The notes below the pieces were generated by a model. It saw nothing but the letters and a program-made list of their open reading frames with translations, was not told the origin of the DNA and made no database searches. Source: Obrimoposthia wandeli (lineage: Eukaryota). Taken from it: 64,000 nucleotides of DNA. The position numbers were made by a program, and so were the translations under genes. Below, piece by piece: positions 39,546-50,332 of the stretch; position 1 is the first letter of the stretch; the number at the start of each line of letters is the position of its first letter. The stretch spans positions 372,001 to 436,000 of the forward strand of contig CDROCS010001270.1 of assembly GCA_977020255.1 (NCBI GenBank), read 5' to 3'.

Positions 39546-40944
39546 CTCGGATTTGATCACGAGTCTTTCTGATTATAACTTTCGGCAAAATAATAACTGC
39601 TACTGCCAAATTTAATAATAATTTAGACTTATATAGTCTAAATTTCTCGTGGTGTGTCGCTGTCACTCGAATTTCCTTCCTTCTCTTCTCTTCTTATAAT
39701 TCAATCAATTTCTAATATAACCTTACTTCCTGGGTGACTCACGATGATTCACTGTTGCTGCTGCGTCGCGAGATTTCTGACGTTTGACCTTAATTCTTGT
39801 TGAATAATTCAGTCAATTGCTAATATTACCTTAATTCTTGTTCTTCTTCTATTTCTTAATTAATTTTTTGGTCCTTTTTAATTTAACTTTAACTTCCTTA
39901 TATACAACACATTGAACATGACCTTTCAAGGTCCTAAATATTTAATTTGCCTTTTACTCTCATCGATTTATTTTAACAATATAATTTTTTATTTAATTTA
40001 TAACCTTACTTTCAAGGATTTTATTTTGATATAAATTAGATTAATTATTTAAAATTTATCAAATCCTAATCCTAACAAAATTATACGAGTTATGATTCCG
40101 GGGATAATATCAAAAGTAGAAAATAAATATATAATTGAAATTTTAACAACATTTGATATTCTGGGGTTTTTCATATCTGATTATGTAAATGAATTCTTTC
40201 CAGCTTGAAACTGATCCCAGTCTGACTTTTAAAGATGTTCTAGGTTATTTGATTGCTCCAATTTTAGATGAAGAACTATGGAATACTCACTGGATATTAC
40301 ACTATTTGAGTTCGACTTAATTTTGCCTATTTCAGGTCTTGGCTTTGCCAGACTATTTTTGAATCTTAACTCATATTTGGCCTAACCGGCTTATTGATTT
40401 AGCCCCACATAACACAACAATAGTTTTAGTGAATTTTACGATTATATTGCACACATTTACACAACACAAAGACAAAGATAGGTAGGCCACATCCATATGT
40501 AAGCCCTATCGCTACAGAACTCACGTTGAGAGCCTCCGTACGAGGATTCTCAGTTTCAAAGAAAACCCAAACAAATTGGTAGCAATATTGAAGTTAATTA
40601 CTGATTAGTACGTCACAAGGACAGGACATTACAGATTCAGAAATCGGTGACTGCATGATCCTTGACGACTCTCAATTTTGAAGGTAATACTGATGTTACC
40701 TTATTTATAAATATTTTAAATATAAGAAAGACATAATTGAGATAAGAAGTGCTAATTTAGATAACTCAGTATGTAAAAATGTAATTATATTGTAATTCAA
40801 TATTAAACATACTTAAGTGGACAGAAAGTTTTATTATCTGGAGTATTATTGGGAGAAGATAAATATTCATTAAGTTTTTCCTGGTTAAAGTATATTAAGA
40901 AGTGCACATTAGACCCATTCTAATTTGTCTGTTTTAGTACCCGA

Positions 40945-41400
40945 CAATTCAGAAGATCGTTTCGCCCTGCCATGGGCTATTCAGGGAGACGGTGTGGCAG
41001 ATTATCTCTGACTTCGTGGTGGTCTTTACGCTAAGTCAGAAATAAAACTGACAGGGAGATTTTATTACTCCAATTCAATTGCAGATCGATTGAACAAATT
41101 TAGTTCAGTTCAATCTGCAGTCAAGGTTCGTCCAATAAGTATTAATTATATCTGCGCAGATCGGATTGTCGACAGAATATCAGCAGCAGTAGCAGCCGTC
41201 CTTATCTCATCTCTTCTCTCCCATTTCTCCTTCCCTCTCTCACTCTCGTCTCCCTCCAGGCAAGCAGCGAACTTGAGTCACCGAGGGGCGAGTGCAGTGG
41301 AGACGGTTGCAATCTCTGTGTCGTGTGTGATTCCCTTGAGCATGTATGTGTGTTGCCCGAATATAAATGTGCAGGTTTGGACATAGGAGATTTAAATGTT
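40945..41400 (-). repeat. Dispersed repeat copy A with degenerate hammerhead-like core (Penelope/retrozyme-like)
   Basis: Minus strand CTGAATA-GCCC-ATGGCA-GGGC-GAAA (40960-40984); shares TTATCTCTGACTTCG.GGTGGT and TCAGCAGCA.TAGCA with copy B. Confidence 0.45.
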
Positions 41401-42571
41401 TTAGCTGCCTATATTACAATTTTGATCGAACAATTCTGATTTATCCGGATGAGATTGATTTTTACCTTTACAATTTTATTACAATAGAATATTTGAAACC
41501 AACAAATTGACAAAGAATAAAATAAATTTGACGTGAAATAAAAATGTGAACTAAAATTTTGCTATTCCAATTGTTTTAGTTTATGTAAATATTTAAATAT
41601 TATAAATTTTTTTGTGATCTTTGAAATTTTAATTGGAGAAATTATTTACACGATGCACCAGTTGTAGAAATAAAGATTAAAAATTTATTTATTATGGATT
41701 TTTAAATTAGATTTGAATTAGATTTGAATTATATTGAATGTTGTTTTAAACCGCTACTAATGATATAATTAAACAATCTATTTTTAAAGTGGATAGACAA
41801 ATAAGTAAACTCGTATTTTAGGTTATTTATTCGCCTGCGAATGTTTGTTTTTTTAGTTCATGGGGTTGCATAATTCTGTATAAGGGATTATTTCTGGTCA
41901 CTCAAATGTTCCATAAAAGATAAGAAAACAGAAATCTATTTTCTAAGGATGTTTTGTTGAAATAGAATTCATTGACAGTTATTTCTCTAAGAAAGTCATT
42001 TCTATTATTCATTTTTAATTGTTAGTCAAACTTTAACTGGTAACCATTACTGATTTAGGAAGAAAGCTGCTTAACTGCATTTGAGAGATTGTTTGGGAAA
42101 TAATAAAGATTATATACATCATTAAAAAATAAAATTATAAGAAATATATATTAAAAATTCACCTACTTACAATTATAAATGCATAATCCCTATTCAGAAA
42201 TTCTTATTTCAATTCCCGGTTACAGTAAAAAAAATACCTAACATAACCGTATTTTAAAATTAAATTCAAAGTAGAAAGTTATTATTTATAGTAATTTCCC
42301 TATTTCCATTCATTTACATTAAATTAACTTGGAAAATCTTCTTAATATCTTCTGCTCCCTTTATGTTGCTTGCTTTCTACGAGGTGTTGATTCGATAAGT
42401 TTGCTAAGGGTTGCCTGGATCTCAGCGTCGCGATTCCAATAATAAAATAATCAAATCACACACTTTTTCCGGGTAACAATTGTAAATAATTAACTAACTA
42501 AGCTCACAAGCGTTTTGACGGTATACCCTATAGACCAAATAAAGCATAAATAAAAGTAAATTGTCCTAAAT

Positions 42572-42824
42572 CAACGGTTTCTAAAGAGTGGGGCGTGACC
42601 CCGAAGGGGAGCGACTGATTTTTCAAAGGGGTCGCGTTAAAAATAAATATTTCGATACTTCAAATAAAGTTATTAAACATTACCGTGAAGAGTAATTTTC
42701 AATAATCTTACGAAGCTATTTTTTACGTTAAAAATTTGTTTATTAAAAAAAAAGCTCTTGTATTAATAAATGTAATATTTTTACTAATCATTTTAAATGG
42801 GGTGTGAAAGTTTTGAAACCGTTG
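42572..42824. mobile_element. hAT (Charlie/Buster-like) MITE (253 bp)
   Basis: TIR CAACGGTTTC / GAAACCGTTG; 8-bp TSD TCCTAAAT at 42564-42571 and 42825-42832. Confidence 0.88.
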
Positions 42825-44374
42825 TCCTAAATAGCGCAGTAAATTACAAATTTGAAAAGTAAAACAGAAATTCTACATAATATTAATCTGATTCAAATAA
42901 TCAAATAACTCAATGAGCTCGACTCAGATTATGATCCATCGGACAGAACAATTAAAGGTTGTGTAAAATGTTCATTGAAGGTCGAATTTTGCTTAATGAC
43001 GATGATCGTTGTTGTTGCCATTTGAAACTGGTATATCTAAAGATCCCGGTATGAGAATCCTCATTGATCATTTGTTTGACATGAGTACTGCAAAGACTTT
43101 CTTTTAGAAAAAACAAAGAAGATCGTGTCGTGTGTCAGTAATGGATATGATTGAACTAAATTCTATGAATGATAGACTTTGATGTTAGACTACAAAAGAT
43201 GAAACATGGCAGTTATTTGATACGCATCTCTTAAAGAGCAAAATAATGCATGGTTGCTAAAAGACGAATCTTAATTGACAGGCGTTCACGCAACTCAGAA
43301 AAATCGAAAAGTCATAGAGATAGAAAAGTTATTGTTGAACATTGTAGACCTGGAGACGCAGTAACTTCGGAATTGTTTATAGAATTTATTTTAATGCCGA
43401 AAATAAATTGAAAATATTTGAAAATATTGAAAATAGTTTTAAAATATTAATTAATTTTGCGTAAAATTCACCTTTTTAAAATACATTTTTAAAGAAAGAC
43501 CTTAGATCAAATTCTGAACTACACATAAATTAGTAAGGAAATATCGGTTTATTTCATGTATGCTCGAAAGTTTTTCAACTTTCGTATTAAGAAAGATCCA
43601 CAAAAATGTGATTTTTGTTAATTAAAATGTTAAATAATTAAACTTTAAAGAAAAATTTATAGACATCTAAAAGTCGCAAATCAATGAACAAAGCATCATT
43701 TTAAAGCATAAATTATTTCCAATTGAAAAATTTACGGCTCATCAAAATCCCACCTTTTGGTAAAAAAAGCCCTATAGTATAAGAAAGTACATAAAACTTT
43801 ACAATACTAACAGGCAAACACCTAACTGAGCAAATTATCTAAATTATCAAACCCCTTTTAGATTAATTCAAAAGCCCCGACAGGAAGACCCGGGCTCTAC
43901 ATGAAGCTCTCCCTGGTTTTGGGAGATAGACATAATAAAATTTTACTGGACATCGTGACTGGCTTCCTCCTACAAAAAATTAGACAGGTCATTATTTTTA
44001 TCTTTTGATTTTTGTTATTTTTATTCTTAAATATGTTACCGTTTTTAAAAATATTGAAATTTTGATTTGAGAACTCTCATAATTGTTGGCCCCCTAGTCA
44101 TTTTTTGTATGTAATAAAATTATATTACAAATCTTGTATTTTCTTTTTATATTTAAATTAAGCCTAACTATAACATAACGCGTAAGTACTTAGGCTATTT
44201 AAATAATAAGCAGTTTTGGATATGAATAAAAATCTTGTATTCTATCACCGCTTTTATATTAGGTTGCTAAATAATTAATGTCGTTTCTAATAACTAAAAA
44301 TTCAAGATAAATAGACGTATTAATTAACTTAAACAGTCAGGTGGCAAAGAAAGTTAAACTACGACAGTCAACAT

Positions 44375-44487
44375 AGTTAAACATTTCGCTCTGTCTTGGG
44401 CTCATCAGACGGTTGGCGAGTGTTATCTCTGACTTCGCGGTGGTTGAACACCCGCTAAGGTAACAATGACATTAACAAGATAAGACA
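44375..44487 (-). repeat. Dispersed repeat copy B, left part (interrupted by Maverick 2; continues 59778-~60200)
   Basis: Minus strand CTGATGA-GCCCAAGACAGAGC-GAAA (44384-44408); homology to copy A continues on the far side of the Maverick. Confidence 0.5.
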
Positions 44488-45345
44488 AGAAGTGTAAAGT
44501 GTCGGTTCTAAAACAATAGCACACAAAGCCCTCCCCCCCCGAACAAGGCACAAGGAACAAAGCACATCTGAAATTTGATTAGTCATACAGATGTGCTTTG
44601 TTCCTTGTGCCTTGTTCGGGGGGGGGGGGCTTAGTGTGCTATTGTTTTAGAACCGACACTTTACGTCTCGAAATTTGTTTGGACTTATGCGTCACTTACG
44701 ATTATGTAGGTTAATATTTTGTAACATTTGTATATAGTTTAAAAANNNNNNNNNNNNNNNNNNNNNNNNNNNNNNNNNNNNNNNNNNNNNNNNNNNNNNN
44801 NNNNNNNNNNNNNNNNNNNNNNNNNNNNNNNNNNNNNNNNNNNNNNNNNNNNNNNNNNNNNNNNNNNNNNNNNNNNNNNNNNNNNNNNNNNNNNNNNNNN
44901 NNNNNNNNNNNNNNNNNNNNNNNNNNNNNNNNNNNNNNNNNNNNNNNNNNNNNNNNNNNNNNNNNNNNNNNNNNNNNNNNNNNNNNNNNNNNNNNNNNNN
45001 NNNNNNNNNNNNNNNNNNNNNNNNNNNNNNNNNNNNNNNNNNNNNNNNNNNNNNNNNNNNNNNNNNNNNNNNNNNNNNNNNNNNNNNNNNNNNNNNNNNN
45101 NNNNNNNNNNNNNNNNNNNNNNNNNNNNNNNNNNNNNNNNNNNNNNNNNNNNNNNNNNNNNNNNNNNTTTTGAAATTAAAAAATTTTAATTTTGAAATTA
45201 AACATAATTGACCGTCCCAAATTTTTATTTGCAACTATTTAATTTACTTAGTACTGCGACCTCATTCCAGGAGTTAGACTGCCCCGCATAACCGGACAGC
45301 TATCGCAGTTTTTATCATAAGAAACGTTATTGTTTATAGTACGAG
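44488..45345. repeat. Left TIR (contains N gap 44746-45167)
   Basis: Reverse complement of 59070-59777 on both sides of the gaps, with few mismatches. Confidence 0.95.
44494..44664. repeat. Terminal hairpin: 77-bp arms, 17-nt loop
   Basis: Arms 44494-44570 and 44588-44664; loop AAATTTGATTAGTCATA. Confidence 0.95.
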
Positions 45346-45394
45346 TCTATAATGAAGAAAGCAAAGTAACATCGATAAATATATATTAGTACAA

Positions 45395-46048
45395 TTATAA
45401 GCAAACTTGTCCATCAGTAATTTTCCAGATTGGTTTATGAAGACCTGTACAGTTGATTTTGTATCCCTGTATTGAAATGACGATCATCCACTTGAGTCCA
45501 GTTCCCATATTGTCAACATTAAAGTCGTGATCTCGCTTGAAAAGATTAGGATCAGCTCGAATTATTATATGATTCCCAACTATGATGTTGAGATGCATCG
45601 ACTCAAAAGTTTTGTTAAGATCATCAATATCTGACGGATTTAATCTATGTATCTTGAAATCGTATTTTGACGTATTCAGAGCCACCGGAAACATGAATCC
45701 ATATATGATTGGAGTCTTCAAAAAATTCATTTGCCAGTTATAAAACATAACCGGCTTGGTGTACTTCAAATCATTAGACTCAAATATTACACCTGATGGT
45801 TTATTGTTGAACGGTTTCTTATGTTTAGGTGTAGAGACTATATCATCAATAAAGAGATCCTCATTTGTTGCTTGCTTCTCAATCTTGATAGTCTTGGATT
45901 GTTTATTGTTGTTGCTTGTCATAGTTTGCTTCTTTGGTTTTGATATAAAAACTACATCATCATCATCATCGGTATCCACATCTGTGTCTGTAAGCCTTGT
46001 TGGTGGTGGCTTCTCGAACTTAAGAGATTTCGTTTGTTTATAGTTCAT
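45395..46048 (-). CDS. Divergently oriented accessory protein (217 aa), possibly OB-fold ssDNA-binding
   Basis: Intact ORF; acidic/basic N-terminus and beta-rich C-terminus (VISIQGYK...KPIWKI); function is inference. Confidence 0.7.
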   Translation of the reverse strand: MNYKQTKSLKFEKPPPTRLTDTDVDTDDDDDVVFISKPKKQTMTSNNNKQSKTIKIEKQATNEDLFIDDIVSTPKHKKPFNNKPSGVIFESNDLKYTKPVMFYNWQMNFLKTPIIYGFMFPVALNTSKYDFKIHRLNPSDIDDLNKTFESMHLNIIVGNHIIIRADPNLFKRDHDFNVDNMGTGLKWMIVISIQGYKINCTGLHKPIWKITDGQVCL

Positions 46049-46177
46049 ATCAAAATAATGAATTCTATACCAAAAGTGGTAGCTTATATATATATATATA
46101 TCATACTCGATTCTGATTGGATAATCTTTAGCTTAAAAATTTTATATATAGATTGGGTTATTTCCGTTAATTCAATC

Positions 46178-46666
46178 ATGAATCTTGCAAATATTAATTA
46201 TAAAGGTAAAGTTAAAGGAGACATCAGTCACTTACCCTTCAAAACCGGGAAACCATGTCAGTACGTGCACAGGTGTAAGGATTATACCCTTATAATCTTC
46301 CGTTCAGGTATGTTTTTATGTTAGTTAGTTAGTTAATTATTAGGAGCATGCAGGATAATGGGTTGCAAGAAACCTATTACTACAACTATGCTCAAGTGCC
46401 CATTTAGAATAAAGATTGATCGTATTCAATCAGTAACGGTTACTATCGATTTAGGTAAGAAGGTGAACCTATACAAGTTGTCTCAAAATTGTGGAGCTGC
46501 ATGCATGTTCGAACCAGAGTTGTTTCCTGCTTTGAGGTTTACAAAACACAATCCTCTATGCGTCAACATATTTGCAAGCGGGAAAGTGGTCATACTCGGT
46601 CTCAAGGATTTGGATTATCACTTTGATGTGACTTTGATAATAACTGATATTTTACTTTTGATATAA
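46178..46666 (+). CDS. TATA-binding-protein-like protein, 2 exons (46178-46307, 46344-46666), 150 aa
   Basis: 36-nt GTATGT...TTAG intron joins TLIIFRSG|ACRIMGCKK (repeat 1) to FEPELFPALRF...VNIFASGKVVILGLK (repeat 2; cf. TBP YEPELFPGL...IFVSGKVVLTGAK). Confidence 0.85.
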
Positions 46667-46707
46667 ACAATAAATTTTAGTTGAATTTTATTCTTACATG
46701 ATTTGAA

Positions 46708-47608
46708 ATGCTAGTTGATTATATACTTCATTATACAACTGTTGATGATGTTTTAGTTAGACGAAAAGTAGGTTATTCTAGAATGAAAGTTTTACATTGG
46801 AAATATAGACGTGAAAGTGAAAGATTAAGATCATTAATTATAAATTTTAAAGGGAAACAATCTGTAAATGATTTAGCAAAAGCCGGATTTTATAAACATG
46901 ATGATGATTCAACCGATAAAGTAAAATGTATATACTGTCAAGGTGCGTTATCCGAATGGGAATGGTATCTTAAACCAATGAAGCAACATATGAAATTTTT
47001 TCCTACATGTCCATTTCTTTTTAAAGTTAAATGTTTCAAATGTGCCAATAATTGAAACTATGGACAAGAAAATCGATTTTGATACATCACCATTGATTGG
47101 AAAAGTACATGTATCAGATATTGATGTAAAATTACCTGATATATGCTATTCAAAATGTTTAGGACTTTATAATGAGGCTAATGTTATTGAGAAAATCGAA
47201 ACAGATTGTATAATTGAATATCCTTTGACTATTGAGAAATTCGATATGTTGATGGATACAAACCAAATCAGATATTTGAAAAAGTTTTTCATGAAAGATA
47301 GAATAAAATCTGTTTTAAAATATAAAATGATGCGATATGGTGAATACAATTCACTATTTGAATTGCTTTGTGATTTATCTAATTTAGAAATGAAACCTGA
47401 AAAACAATATATAAATATACTTTCATACATTTTAAAGGAACCCGAATGTGTAGTATGTTTAAATAATCATATTGAAGTAGTATTTCTCCCTTGTGGACAT
47501 GTAAATACATGTATATCATGTTCTAGAATGTTACATTCATGTCCAGTATGCAGATGTTTGATCGAACGGAGAGTAAGAAATGTAAAATTTCATGATATAA
47601 ACAATTGA
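46708..47608 (+). pseudogene. Inhibitor of apoptosis (BIR + RING), split by a +1 frameshift at ~47020-47040
   Basis: BIR: ERLRS..LAKAGFY..VKCIYC..W..H....PTCPF, then NVPI in the next frame; C-terminal RING CVVC..FLPCGH..C..C..CPVCR. Confidence 0.88.
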
Positions 47609-47626
47609 AATTTATGATTTATATAA

Positions 47627-47893
47627 ATGGATAAAAACGATAAATTAGTTGATGATGCAGTCGAGGAAATTATAAACGGAACAATAAATGGAGTTCAATA
47701 CTTTTCTAGTTTTGATGGACTTTCGCGTAATAATATAAAGGAAATTGTTTGCACCCATGTCTATAGAGATATCAAACGGATTAAGGATTTTGAAAAATTC
47801 GTTCAAATTAATCGTTCAAACATGATGTATATAACCTTTTCTGCTACAATTTTTAATTCTCTGTTGTTGTATATATTAATAAAACGTATATAA
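47627..47893 (+). CDS. Hypothetical 88-aa protein with C-terminal hydrophobic anchor
   Basis: Intact ORF flanked by TATAAACAA motifs; tail MMYITFSATIFNSLLLYILIKRI. Confidence 0.65.
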   Translation: MDKNDKLVDDAVEEIINGTINGVQYFSSFDGLSRNNIKEIVCTHVYRDIKRIKDFEKFVQINRSNMMYITFSATIFNSLLLYILIKRI

Positions 47894-47923
47894 ACAATCG
47901 TTTCTTTTGATTTATTATTATTG

Positions 47924-48571
47924 ATGATGATAAAACTTAAAAATAACGCGGTTTACCAAATAGTAGGACCCAGTGGGAGTGGGAAAACACATTTTGTAAC
48001 TAAATTACTTCAAAATAAAAACATGTTTAATCAAAAGTTTGGTAGAATATACTGGCATTACGGAGGTGTAGGTGAATCTGGCCTAACACGAACTGAATTA
48101 GGTAAATTGAAAGGTATTCATTTTATTAATGGTTTTGATGATAAATGGTCTGAGAGGTTAAATTCAGGAGATGTCATTGTAATTGATGACTTGTATGATG
48201 AAGCGAATAAAGAGTCGGGTTTTAATAACCTGTTTACCAAAATAGCTAGACATAGAAATGTAACAGTGATTTTTATCACTCAAAATCTCTTTCATCAAGG
48301 CGGTCAACACCGTACTCGGAATTTAAATGTACATTATCTAGTATTATTTAAAAATCCGCGAGATCAAACGGTTATCGACTTTGTTGCCCGTCAAGCTTTC
48401 CCTTGCAATAAGCAATATTTGATTGACGCATTTCAAGATGCAACAACTAACCCTCATGGATACTTGTTTTTAGATTTTACACAGGAATGTCCAGACGATT
48501 TACGCGTGAGAACTGATATTTTCAATAATGATTTTGTATATAAACAAAAGAAAAGCCTATCTACTTGTTAA
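47924..48571 (+). CDS. A32/FtsK-like DNA packaging ATPase
   Basis: Walker A GPSGSGKT, Walker B VIVIDD, ARHRNVTVIFITQN; intact. Confidence 0.97.
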   Translation: MMIKLKNNAVYQIVGPSGSGKTHFVTKLLQNKNMFNQKFGRIYWHYGGVGESGLTRTELGKLKGIHFINGFDDKWSERLNSGDVIVIDDLYDEANKESGFNNLFTKIARHRNVTVIFITQNLFHQGGQHRTRNLNVHYLVLFKNPRDQTVIDFVARQAFPCNKQYLIDAFQDATTNPHGYLFLDFTQECPDDLRVRTDIFNNDFVYKQKKSLSTC

Positions 48572-48573
48572 TC

Positions 48574-48884
48574 ATGTCATTTATGAAAGAAACAATGCCT
48601 AGTGGAGTTGGACCTAAATGGAGACCGGGTGATAAATTACACGCTAATGATAACAAATTGATGCTAAAGAAGAATGCTCATATTAAAAATCTTATTAAAT
48701 CAGTGCTTCATCAGCGTAAAGTAGTCGATGAATCATTAAAGAAATCGGTAAAGACAGTAAAGAGAAACCTGTAAAAAAGAAACCATTAAAGAAGAAACCT
48801 GTTAAGAAAGCAGTTGGAAAGTCGGTTAAGAAGTCGGATAAAAAGCGTGTAAATAAACTAGTTGGTAAATGGATTAAACTATAA
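48574..48884 (+). pseudogene. Lys-rich basic protein; -1 frameshift at ~48760
   Basis: Continues in the -1 frame as EKPVKKKPLKKKPVKKAVGKSVKKSDKKRVNKLVGKWIKL*. Confidence 0.65.
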
Positions 48885-48915
48885 ACAATATTGCAAATAG
48901 TTTAATTCATTAAAT

Positions 48916-49245
48916 ATGTTATCAAAATCTATACTTCCCTACTTTCAGGCTTTAATCAAGGCTCCAAGCATATATAGACAACGTATACTCAAGTCATTTC
49001 CACCCTTTGTTATTGATAAGTTGGTTGAAGTCTTGTTTAATATTACAAAAGGTACTGTAAAAATCGGTAATCATAAACATAACCTTAGAAAACATCAAAA
49101 AGCTTTACTTGATTTAGTGAATACTAAAAGTAAAACTGGTAAACGTAGAGTAATTCTAAAACAAAAAGGTGGTTTTATCGGTGCATTAATACCTATAATT
49201 GCTACTTTAGTATCTCCTTTGATTGCAAAATTGATAAACTCATAA
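48916..49245 (+). CDS. Conserved Maverick protein with adenovirus pX-like C-terminus
   Basis: QKGGFIGALIPIIATLV resembles adenoviral pX GG.LP.LIP.IAAAI; homolog at 370-798. Confidence 0.8.
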   Translation: MLSKSILPYFQALIKAPSIYRQRILKSFPPFVIDKLVEVLFNITKGTVKIGNHKHNLRKHQKALLDLVNTKSKTGKRRVILKQKGGFIGALIPIIATLVSPLIAKLINS

Positions 49246-49250
49246 ACAAA

Positions 49251-49481
49251 ATGGGTAATAACATACCAAACATCGATTTTAAATTCACTTGTTGTAATGG
49301 AAACGATATGGTACGATCCCGAAAACCCAGCTGGGTACAGCGGCGTTGGCAAACTATCATTAAAAAGTCAATCGACTCAAAAGAAAACTCAGAAATGGCT
49401 GAGCAATCAGCTAGCATACAGTCTAAACAAGCCAATGAAGCGGAAGTTCCCGACTCGAGCATACAGAACAAGCGGTCCTAA
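49251..49481 (+). CDS. Small MG...CC protein overlapping the integrase
   Basis: MGNNIPNIDFKFTCCNG...; homolog at 85-330. Confidence 0.5.
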   Translation: MGNNIPNIDFKFTCCNGNDMVRSRKPSWVQRRWQTIIKKSIDSKENSEMAEQSASIQSKQANEAEVPDSSIQNKRS

Positions 49482-50332
49482 CGATTTATGGCAGGCCGAT
49501 TTGATGGAAATGATACCATATGCAAGTATCAATGATGGTAACAAGTATATTTTAACATGTATTGACGTGTTTACAAGGTATGCGCGTGCATTACCTGTAA
49601 AATCTAAATCAGGTAAGGATATAGAGGCTGCTCTAAGTATAATGACTGATAAAACTGTCCCCATACATGTGCAAACTGATAAGGGTAAAGAGTTTTACAA
49701 CAAAAATGTAGGTAGTTTATTTAAAAAATTAAATATTGAACATTACTCTGTAGTTTCACAATTCAAAGCTGCCCTAGTTGAAAGGTTTAATAGAACATTG
49801 AGAGATCGATTAAAAAGACATTTTATTGTACAAGGCAATAAAAGATGGGTTGACGTTTTACCAAAAGTAATGACTTCATACAATCACAGTAAGCATAGAG
49901 GTTTAGACGGATTGAGACCTGTCGATATTAATGATAAAAAATGCAATGGAAATTTGGTTGAGTCGTAATCAAGTCGATAAAGTTAATAAACCCAAACATA
50001 AGACTGGTGATTATGTTCGGATATCAAAGTTTAGTGGTAGCCCCTTTATTAAAAACTTTGATCAGAATTGGAGTGATGAAGTGTTTAGGATAGAGAAAAT
50101 AGACAAACGTGCAAATCCTGTAATGTACTCTATAGTTGATGATGACTGTAATGTAATAACAGGGAAATTTTATGAACCTGAACTACAAGTAATTGATAAA
50201 CCTACACTTTTCCGTATCCAAGAAGTCGTAAAATCTAAAGGCCGTGGTAAGAATAAACAATATCTCGTAAAGTGGCATGGATATTCTGAATCAACATGGA
50301 TCAAAGCAAGCCAGATAGAGACTTCTATATGA
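49297..50332 (+). pseudogene. rve integrase with C-terminal chromodomain; +1 frameshift in A6 (49936-49941)
   Basis: WQADL, LTCIDVFTR, VQTDKGKEF, VERFNRTL; then YRISK...FYEPELQ and QYLVKWHGY..STW. Confidence 0.95.

Larger units (their letters stand above)
38177..40540. mobile_element. Probable LTR-derived region; diverged inverted pair at 38177-38235 and 40482-40540
   Basis: GTAGGCCACA...AGAACTCACGTTG.G..CCTCC in opposite orientations; TG end and minus-strand AATAAA near 38340. LTR identity is inference. Confidence 0.35.

Noticed and set aside
44692-45234. Long ORFs spanning N runs (also 59180-59554)
   Set aside because: Artefacts of assembly gaps within the TIRs.
48755-48774. Programmed -1 frameshift in the basic protein gene
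   Set aside because: No canonical slippery heptamer or obvious downstream structure; a simple indel is more likely.
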